64,000 nucleotides of DNA, from contig JADKCA010000008.1 in assembly GCA_016714795.1 (NCBI GenBank), positions 66,083 through 130,082 on the forward strand, read 5' to 3'. Each line of letters opens with the position of its first letter. Position 1 is the stretch's first letter. The stretch comes from Sphingomonadales bacterium (GTDB lineage: Bacteria; Pseudomonadota; Alphaproteobacteria; Sphingomonadales; Sphingomonadaceae). The notes beneath the pieces were generated by a model, which saw only the letters and a list, made by a program, of their open reading frames with translations, was not told where the DNA came from and made no database searches. The position numbers and the translations under genes were made by a program. This document shows, piece by piece, positions 17,569 through 25,800 of this stretch.

Positions 17569-18524
17569 ATGTCCCAGCGTTTTTCAAACTTCGCCGATCT
17601 TGCAGATCATTATGCCGAGCAGGTCGCAAGCCCTGATTATGGCACCGCGTTCATGGAGCAGACCGAGATGGCGCGCCTCTCGATTGCAGAGGAACCGACC
17701 ACAGCCGAGATGCCCGATCCGGACAAGGCGCAGGCCGCGCTTGAGATGATCATGGCAACAGTCTTCGACCTGTTCCGCGATACACGCATGGAGGATTTCT
17801 CCGCCGAGATTGGCTGGGGCATTGCCAACAGCTTCCATGTCGTGGCGAAGCGCCTTGATGACCGCGAGGATGCCGCCAGCCAGAAGCTTACGGAATTGCT
17901 CAAGACCTGGGACCCGTCGGAAGTCTATCAGACCGAAGTCGAGGATTTGACGATGACGGCGCGGAGCCTGTCCGAATGCCGCGACGCGATGGAATGCATG
18001 CGCGAACATGCCGCCCGCATCTACCATGTCGAGACCGGAAGGCCGTTCTCTCCGGTGCGCGGCTCGCGGGTTGCCTCCAAAGCTACGGCATCAATGATCG
18101 AAGCCCGAGACTATATTGCCAGTCGGCCCAACAACGCCGTGAACAATATGCGCCATCGGGGGCTGTCGTCGCCTTCTCGGGCGGGCAAACATGGGCTGAC
18201 CATGAACTGATCTGGGAGTATCTCGACTGCATCAAAGCACGGATTCCGTCGATGATCCTCGCCACCACGGCACAGAACAAGGGTGCCGATGTCATCGCGG
18301 CAAGCTGGGCTGCAAAGAATGACGTGAAGGTCGTGCTGTGCCGTCTTGACCGTGCCTTGGGCAACCGCGCGGCCTTTGTGCGCAACGACCGGATCGTTGG
18401 CTTCCGTCCGGTGGAAGCGATCGTCTGCAGCGGAACCGGTATCCAGGCCAATCTCGCAGACAAGTTGCGGACCGCAGGCGTGCCGCTTCATGTCTTGCGC
18501 GAGCGGACAGTGATGCACGGTTGA
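17569..18524 (+). CDS. DUF2493 (SLOG-like)-domain protein with long N-terminal extension; frame break near 18125-18129 as assembled
   Basis: GGAGG lies before ATG 17569. Frame 1 reads to '...IEARDYIASRP'. The -1 frame continues 'QQRREQYAPSGAVVAFSGGQTWADHELIW...AFVRNDRIV...GTGIQANLADKLRTAGVP', which is DUF2493-type. The track splits it into 17557-18210 and 17976-18524. Confidence 0.65.
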
Positions 18525-18687
18525 TCCAATCCGCCATCCGCCAATCAGGGGTGCCAGGCCTTACGGGTCTGGTGCCCCTTTTTTGCCCGTTCGCACATCC
18601 GAAGGATCGGGTGGCGGGCAGGGCACCCAAAACCCAAACACACACTCTCGCAAGAATTCCAAGGATGAAGACCGGAGCTAGCCCGCC

Positions 18688-18835
18688 TCAAGGATGCGCG
18701 GTCCCCCCAATTTTTTCCTCCTCTGCGCTAACGCTCCGTTCCAGAGAAAATCGGCACCCCCGCGCCCCGCTGTCGCGGCCTTCGGTCCTTGACCCGGACC
18801 AGCTCCGATCTTCTCTGAAGAGACCTCTTCGATTT
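18688..18835 (+). promoter_or_regulatory. structured non-coding element B (homologue of element A)
   Basis: GCGGTCCCCCCAATTTT at 18698-18714 and AAAATCGGC at 18747-18755 are identical to element A. The inner stem is CTCTG/CAGAG (18721-18725 / 18742-18746). Confidence 0.5.
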
Positions 18836-18852
18836 TCAACAAGGAGGTTATC

Positions 18853-19161
18853 ATGTCAGCACTTGCCGTTCAGACCATCGCCGTTTTCAATCAGCCCGCT
18901 TATGACGCAGCCTATCGCACGGCATCGATCCGGGCCCAGCACAGCTTCTTCGACCAGCACATCGTCGAAGACGAGGACGCCGGTTTCATCGCCATCGACG
19001 AAGGCGATTATAACGGCCTGACACAGGAGCTCATCGACCGGATCGTCCACACCATCGCAGCGCAGATGGCAGATGATTTCGACCTTCCCGACTACGCCCG
19101 AGCCTCCCATATCGCCGCCGGTATCGATCTCGATTTCGACGCCGACGACTGCCCATTCTGA
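18853..19161 (+). CDS. small, strongly acidic protein ending in an SSB-tip-like peptide (DFDADDCPF)
   Basis: AAGGAGG lies before ATG 18853. 102 aa. My count is 16 Asp + 4 Glu versus 4 Arg and 0 Lys. A terminator follows. Confidence 0.55.
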   Translation: MSALAVQTIAVFNQPAYDAAYRTASIRAQHSFFDQHIVEDEDAGFIAIDEGDYNGLTQELIDRIVHTIAAQMADDFDLPDYARASHIAAGIDLDFDADDCPF

Positions 19162-19170
19162 GCGCAGCCA

Positions 19171-19207
19171 AGGGGAGGGGCCGCAAGGCTCCTTCCCCTT
19201 TTTTTAT
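19171..19207 (+). terminator. rho-independent terminator
   Basis: AAGGGGAGGGGCCGCAAGGCTCCTTCCCCTTTTTTT forms a G/C stem followed by a T-run. Confidence 0.6.
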
Positions 19208-19417
19208 GCGAACCCAAAAGCCACGGCGCGGCATCGAGCCCTGCCGTGGCTTGCTTGCCAGCAGCTTTACTGACACCATCTTTCGGTCCTGATCGCTGGC
19301 CGACGGCACCCCGGTCAATGCCCGCATCATAGCAAAATCAACTCCAAAAGTGACAAGCTACTCTGCTGGGTAATCTGAAATATGAGCAGACCCTACACTG
19401 CTAAAGCAGTTTCATGG

Positions 19418-19575
19418 CAAAAATGGCGGAAATACGTCAGTTTTGACGTTCGAAACTCCCGGCAGTTTGGGGTCTGATGAATGCTGTCTGGTCCCCAGAA
19501 ATGGCGGAATTTCGGGGACTCTGGAGGGCAGTTTTGATATAAATGCATGCCATATGGTCCCCAATCGGCTCTTGC
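19418..19575 (+). repeat. two tandem imperfect ~75-78-bp units at the 5' end of the first integrase gene (att/arm-site-like)
   Basis: AAATGGCGGAA at 19421 and 19499. CAGTTTTGA at 19438 and 19529. TGGTCCCCA at 19489 and 19555. Confidence 0.45.
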
Positions 19576-20726
19576 CCGGGAATCGGGCCTATCTTGATGG
19601 CAATCTGGTTCGCCGGAAAATGGGTGAGTCTGACCTGGATCAGGTCATCTGGGACAATGAACTGGCAGGCTTTGGTCTGCGGATCCGTCCGTCGGGCAAG
19701 CGCTATTGGTTCGTCCGTTTGCGCCAACGTGGACGGCACCGCCGTATCTCGCTGGGATGCACCGACGATGTCGAGGCACCGATCGCGCGGGGCGAGGCGC
19801 GTAGGCTGTTGGCAGAAGTTGCCCTTGACGGACTGCCCAAGCGGGTCGCGGCGAAAGTGGCTCCAGTACTCGCCGACTATGTGGATGAGTTCTGGACAGA
19901 TTGCGCACGGCACTGGAAGCCCTCAACCCAAAGGCGAAACCGGAATGCCTTGGAGAAGGAAATACTGCCAGCGTTCGGAGCCATGCGGATCGACCTGATC
20001 GGTCGGGCAGAGATCACCCGGTGGCGCGACGATTATGCCGATGGGCGCGGCTCGCGTTACAACCGCGCTGTTCCGGTTTTGGGCGCAATGTTCAAATATG
20101 CTGAGCAGCTTGGCTATATTCGCAAGAACTCCAACCCCTGCAAAGGCATGCCGGGTTTTAAACCGAACAAGAAGGAGCGCTTTCTCAGTCCGGTCGAGTT
20201 TCGCAGGCTCGCGCGTGAGCTGGATGCCGACGCGGCGTCCTATCCAGTGCATGTCGCCATTGTCCGCTTGCTGATTTTTACCGGCGCGCGGATCAGCGAA
20301 ATCCGCGACCTCCAATGGGACTGGGTGCAGTTGCCGCGCCTGGTGCTGCCTGACAGCAAGACCGGTCCCAAAACCATCTATCTCAACAGTCAGGCCGTTC
20401 GGATATTTGATGGCGTCGCCCGACACGGGGACTGCCGGTTTGTCTTCCCCAATGCAAAGCGCAATGCGCCCATCATTCTTGATCCGTGGTGGCTGCAATT
20501 CCGCCGCCGCTGCGCGATGCCCGACGTTCGCCTTCACGATCTGCGGCACAGTTTTGCATCGGTGGCAGTGCGGGAGAAGGTTCAACTCGCAACGATCGGC
20601 AGCCTTCTTGGTCATGCCTTACCCGAAACGACCGCGCGCTATGCCCACCTCGCTGATGATACTGTTGCCGAGGCTGCCCAGCGCGTTTCTGGCGGCCTTG
20701 CCGAAACACTGGGTCTGTCGGCATGA
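19554..20726 (+). CDS. tyrosine recombinase/integrase (P4-like, DUF4102-type N-domain)
   Basis: 'WDNELAGFGLRIRPSGKRYW' is the arm-binding-type N-domain. Catalytic set: 'TGARISE' (R), 'DSKTGPK' (K), 'HDLRHSF' (HxxR), 'LGH' and 'TARYAHL' (Y). The start (19554 or 19620) is uncertain. Confidence 0.85.
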   Translation: MVPNRLLPGNRAYLDGNLVRRKMGESDLDQVIWDNELAGFGLRIRPSGKRYWFVRLRQRGRHRRISLGCTDDVEAPIARGEARRLLAEVALDGLPKRVAAKVAPVLADYVDEFWTDCARHWKPSTQRRNRNALEKEILPAFGAMRIDLIGRAEITRWRDDYADGRGSRYNRAVPVLGAMFKYAEQLGYIRKNSNPCKGMPGFKPNKKERFLSPVEFRRLARELDADAASYPVHVAIVRLLIFTGARISEIRDLQWDWVQLPRLVLPDSKTGPKTIYLNSQAVRIFDGVARHGDCRFVFPNAKRNAPIILDPWWLQFRRRCAMPDVRLHDLRHSFASVAVREKVQLATIGSLLGHALPETTARYAHLADDTVAEAAQRVSGGLAETLGLSA

Positions 20727-21931
20727 CGAGCCTTTCGCTCAAACAAGTCGTTGAGAAGGCGCTGGCTGAAGTCGGTGCCAATCCGCGTATTGCGCGCAAG
20801 CCCAAGGGCAAAGCGCGCACAACCACGTGGCTCCAGGTCGAGCATGGCTTTGGCATCCGTCATTATCCAAGTGGTCGGCATGTCTATATCGTCCAGATGC
20901 GCATGGCAGGCCGTATGCGCACCGTCACCATTGGCCCAGCATCGGTTTTGACACGCCATCAGGCGATGATAGTTGCCCGGCGGGTCATTGCGCATGTGCG
21001 CGTCGGCCATGACCCGGCGACCACGCGGCAGCAAATCCGCAATGCGCCGAGCATGGACGACTTCATGGACGAGTATTGGGAGAAGTGTTCTCCCAGTTGG
21101 AAGCCATCGACGGTCGAAACGGCCACCGGCTATCGTCGCTGCCATATCGATGGGGCGTTTCCGGAGGCCTTCGTTGACAGCCTGACCGAGGCCGAGGTCA
21201 TCAAATGGTTTGTGGCGCTCACGGACAATTCCGGCCCCAGCGCTGCCAATCGCTGTTGGGAAATATTGCGCGCTGCCTTCAACAAGGCGGAGAGCTGGGG
21301 CTATCGCGTTGAAAACACCAACCCCTGCCTTGCCGTGCGTCAGAACAAGCGCATCCATCGCACGCGCTTTCTGTCGAACGACGAACTCACCCGGCTTGGA
21401 GTGGCATTGTCCGGAGCCCGAGAGAGCGAAGATCGCATGGAACAGGTCCATGCAACGGCGATTTTGCTACTGATCCTGACGGGATGCCGCATGGGTGAGA
21501 TTCTCGGGCTGCAATGGAGCGACGTCAAAGGGAACCGCCTCCTTCTGCGCGATAGCAAGACAGGGCCACGTACCGTCTGGCTAGGCGACGAGGCACGCGC
21601 GCTCGTCCAGGCGCTCCCTCGTGAGGGCAGTACTCCTTGGTTGTTTTGGAATTGGCGCTTCAAGAAGCCAATCCGCAACCTTGGCCATGTTTGGGATCGC
21701 TATCGGAACGAAGTTGGCCTCAAGAATGCCCATCTACACGATCTACGCCATACTTTTGCCAGCCATGCCGTGATGGGGAAGGAGAATCTGGCGATGGTTG
21801 GTAAGCTGCTTGGCCATGCCAAGGTGGCTTCGACTGCACGCTATGCCCATTTTGATGACGACCATCTGCTTGAAGCAGCAGAGGTCATTGGCGCAGCCAT
21901 CGAGCGGGCAATGCTGACGGGCAAACACTAA
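20723..21931 (+). CDS. tyrosine recombinase/integrase, second copy, overlapping the first by 4 nt
   Basis: 'TGCRMGE', 'DSKTGPR', 'HDLRHTF', 'LGH' and 'TARYAHF'. ATGA overlap at 20723-20726. Confidence 0.9.
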   Translation: MTSLSLKQVVEKALAEVGANPRIARKPKGKARTTTWLQVEHGFGIRHYPSGRHVYIVQMRMAGRMRTVTIGPASVLTRHQAMIVARRVIAHVRVGHDPATTRQQIRNAPSMDDFMDEYWEKCSPSWKPSTVETATGYRRCHIDGAFPEAFVDSLTEAEVIKWFVALTDNSGPSAANRCWEILRAAFNKAESWGYRVENTNPCLAVRQNKRIHRTRFLSNDELTRLGVALSGARESEDRMEQVHATAILLLILTGCRMGEILGLQWSDVKGNRLLLRDSKTGPRTVWLGDEARALVQALPREGSTPWLFWNWRFKKPIRNLGHVWDRYRNEVGLKNAHLHDLRHTFASHAVMGKENLAMVGKLLGHAKVASTARYAHFDDDHLLEAAEVIGAAIERAMLTGKH

Positions 21932-21973
21932 TCTCCATTGCAGTATCCCATGCAACATGATATCTCATAGGAT

Positions 21974-22399
21974 ATGTACAGAGTCGTTCTCGATACCGAC
22001 ATCATCGTGACGGCGCTGCGCAGTGCGACCGGTGGCAGCAATGCTGTTTTGCGTGAAGCGGCCTACGGACGGATTACGCCTTTGGTCACGCCAGCTTTGT
22101 TCCTCGAATATGAGGCGGTGCTGAAACGGCCCGAACAGCGACTTGTCCACGGACTTGGTTTGCGCGACATTGACCGCTTCCTGTCTGCTCTGGCAGCAGC
22201 CTGCGAAGCGGTCGAAGTCAGCTTCCAGTGGCGACCGCAATTGTCGGACGCCAATGACGAGATGGTTCTGGAAACAGCGGTCAACGGTCAGGCCGATGCG
22301 CTCATCACGCACAATGTGCGTGATTTTGTGAAGGGCGCGGAAAGGTTTGGGTTGCGGGTGTTGCGACCCGGCGAGTTTTTGAAGGAGTTACGGTCATGA
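21974..22399 (+). CDS. PIN-domain toxin
   Basis: 'MYRVVLDTDIIV...EMVLETAVNGQADALITHNVRDF' has PIN acidic residues in the usual positions. Confidence 0.8.
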   Translation: MYRVVLDTDIIVTALRSATGGSNAVLREAAYGRITPLVTPALFLEYEAVLKRPEQRLVHGLGLRDIDRFLSALAAACEAVEVSFQWRPQLSDANDEMVLETAVNGQADALITHNVRDFVKGAERFGLRVLRPGEFLKELRS

Positions 22400-22641
22400 G
22401 CAAAGCATCCTACCCGCTCAAACTGCCAGCCTCAGTGAAGGCTGCCGCTGCACGCCTTGCCAAGGAAGATGGCGTGTCGCTCAACCAATGGATTTCTGTG
22501 GCCATCGCGCAGAAGATCGGGGTTGTAGAGACTGCGGCTGATTTTCTCTCGCGACGGGCTGGGAAGGCCAAGGCCGCGGATATGTTGCCGTTTCTCGACA
22601 AGGCGAAGCGGGAAGCGCTGCCGGTTGGGGATGAGGTTTGA
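22396..22641 (+). CDS. small RHH/Arc-like antitoxin candidate (toxin-first order)
   Basis: ATGA overlap with the PIN gene. 'VSLNQWISVAIAQKIG' resembles the antitoxins paired with this PIN family. Confidence 0.6.
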   Translation: MSKASYPLKLPASVKAAAARLAKEDGVSLNQWISVAIAQKIGVVETAADFLSRRAGKAKAADMLPFLDKAKREALPVGDEV

Positions 22642-22856
22642 ACGTCAGGTAGTTGGGAATTCTGCTTCTCGGCGTTGCTTCGGCAAAACTGCTCATCAAG
22701 ACTGGCGATCACCCAAATAAGTGTCTGCGCAAGTTCGGAACTCGGTGACAAGCGCGGCACCACACGCTAGTCCTTGAAGATCATTCGACGCAACATTGCG
22801 TCACCCTTAAATCGCTGGTCAAACGCATCCTGCGAGGTGCAGAAAAATATCGACGA

Positions 22857-25800
22857 ATGAATGCTGTAGAAATTGAAGAAGCAGTATCGGAACTTGCAAG
22901 AAAGCCCTTTGATCGGGCCGATTTCGCGTATCAATTTCTAGCCGCCTTTGGGAACAAAGAAACCACCATAAAGCGGCTTCGCGCTGCCGGTGGCTCCAAC
23001 GCCTCAGATGTTCCTGGCGGCATACTCCAGCGTAACAACATTCACTTGGCGACATGCGCGGCGGGTGAGGTCGATGCGACGTTGAAGGCCTTGCGCGACA
23101 GTCCGAAAACAGCATCGGCCAAAGCCAAGTTCATTCTCGCCACCGATGGCGAGACGCTACAGGCGGAAGACGTCACCAGCGACGACCCGCCCATTGCGTG
23201 TGAGTATGCGAAATTCCCCGATCATTTCGGATTCTTCCTGCCGCTGGCAGGCATCACCACCGTCAAGCAAATCCGCGAAAGTTCGTTCGACATTCGCGCC
23301 ACGGGGCGGCTCAACAAGCTCTATGTCGAGCTGCTGAAAGACAATCCCGAATGGGCGACCGCCGAGCGCCGACCGGACATGAACCATTTCATGGCGCGGC
23401 TGATCTTCTGCTTTTTCGCGGAGGATACCGACATCTTCAATGGCACCGGCCTGTTCACTGCGACGACCGACCAGATGAGCGAGCGCGATTCGTCGAACAC
23501 GCACGACGTCATCAGCGAGATGTTCCGAGCGATGAACACCAAGATCGCGGATCGCGGGGATGCGAAATTACCGCGCTGGGCCGACGTGTTCCCCTATGTG
23601 AACGGCGGGCTGTTTTCAGGCAGCACCGAAGTGCCGCGCTTCAGCAAGATTGCTCGATCCTACCTGATCAATATCGGCAGCCTCGATTGGAAAAAGATCA
23701 ACCCCGACATTTTCGGCAGCATGATTCAGGCCGTTGCCGATGATGAGGAACGCGGCGCGCTGGGTATGCACTACACCAGCGTCCCAAACATCCTGAAGGT
23801 TCTGAATCCGCTGTTTCTCGATGATCTGCGCGCGCAGTTGGAGGAGGCGGGCGACAATGGGCGCAAGCTGCTCAACCTGCGTAACCGCATGGCGAAAATC
23901 CGGGTGTTCGATCCGGCCTGCGGCAGCGGCAATTTTCTTGTGATCGCATACAAGGAAATGCGCGCGATTGAGGCGGTGATCAACCAGCGCCGCAACGAGG
24001 AAGAGCGGCGCAGCGACATTCCGCTGACCAATTTTCGTGGTATCGAGCTGCGCGATTTTCCGGCTGAGATTGCGCGTCTGGCGCTCATCATCGCCGAATA
24101 TCAGTGCGACGTGACCTATCGCGGGCAGCAAGAGGCGCTGGCGGAACTGCTCCCGCTGGACGCGCAAAACTGGATCACTTGCGGCAATGCGCTGCGGCTC
24201 GACTGGCTGGGCATCTGCCCGCCGACAGGGACGGGTGTGAAAATGCAAGGCGACGATTTGTTTAACACCCCGCTTGATCAGGCTCAGATTGATTTCGAGA
24301 ATGAGGGAGGTGAGACATATATCTGTGGAAATCCTCCGTATGCGGGCTCCAACTGGCAAACTATAGATCAAAAAGAAGACTTACAAAGGTTGTTTCAGCA
24401 ACGGAAAATCAATTGGAAGCAGGTGGATTATATTTTTGGTTGGTTTTTTAAGGCGGCTGAATTTGGCACCAAAACTGAATCTTCCTCTGCCTTCGTTACC
24501 ACTAACTCAGTAAATCAAGGTCAAATTGCATCGATCATATGGCCACCTATTTTTGAAACTGGTCACGAAATCTCATTCGCCCACACGAGCTTTAAGTGGG
24601 CCAATTTAGCTAGCCACAATGCGGGCGTGACGGTTTCCATTGTTGGTATTTCACGGAATCTGACTTCTGCTCGAAAACTCTTTTCGTTAGCAGATGATGG
24701 GAGCACCCTTTTAAAGCTCGTAAATAATATAAATCCCTACCTAATTCCCGCACCAAATGTGTTTATTGAGCCTAGCGGGGAATCTCTTGGGTTCAGTGCG
24801 GAGATCACCGACGGATGTGGAGCGCTCGATGGAGGCAATCTGGTAGTTACATCTGACGAGTTGGCGGAAATGCTTACTCAAAAGCCATCAGGGATAATGG
24901 AGTTTATACGACCTTATACTGGTTCGACCGAGTTTATCAGAGGTTCTCTACGATGGTGCGTTTGGATCGCTGACGAAGATCGTGATAACGCTGCCACCTT
25001 TCCTGAAATTCAACGCAGGATCGATGCCACTTATCAGTTTAGATTGAAGGCGGGCACTCGAGCGCAAACGGCTATCAACCGGCCACATAAATTTGCATGG
25101 ATAAATCAGTCTCAGAACGAACAGATAATAGTTCCTAAACATTTTTCAGAACGGCGTGAATATGTGACGGCGGGTTATCTCACAAATGAATATATTGTGA
25201 GCAATTCTGCTACTATAGTCCACAATGCAACACTAGACATATTCTCAGTTATTTCATCGAAATTACACGTTGTTTGGGTGAAGGCCGTGGCGGGGCGGCT
25301 ACGTGAAGACATTCGTTATACACCGGCAACTTGTTACAACACATTTCCAGTCGCTCAACTGACAGAAACAGATAGGGCTAAACTAACTCGCTGCGCCGAG
25401 GACATCCTTCTCGCTCGTGAGGCTCATTTTCCCAAGACCATCGCTGAACTATACGACCCGGACGATATGCCGCAGAACCTCCGCCGCGCCCATGAAGCAA
25501 ACGACGAAGTGCTGGAACGCATCTACATCGGGCGGCGGTTCAAGAATGACACCGAGCGGCTGGAAAAGCTGTTTGAACTCTACACGAAGATGACTCAAAA
25601 TACTGGAAAGTCGTCAAAACCAAGAAAGTGGCAGCTTGACCATGACGACATCCAAACCCATCCCCGCAGTCTCATTTCAGACCGCGCGAACAGGCGCATC
25701 CGCCAAACCCAACGAAATGGGTATGCGCCAGATGCAGGAACGCGCCTATGCCAAGCGCGGCGAGCAATATCTGCTGATCAAATCGCCGCCCGCATCGGGC

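Noticed and set aside
19208-19450. tRNA/tmRNA gene as integration target next to the integrases (also checked at 35.6-36.4 kb)
   Set aside because: No cloverleaf-compatible sequence or GGTTCGAATCC-type T-arm is present. 'ACGTTCGAAACTCCC' at 19447 does not fit a tRNA 3' half.
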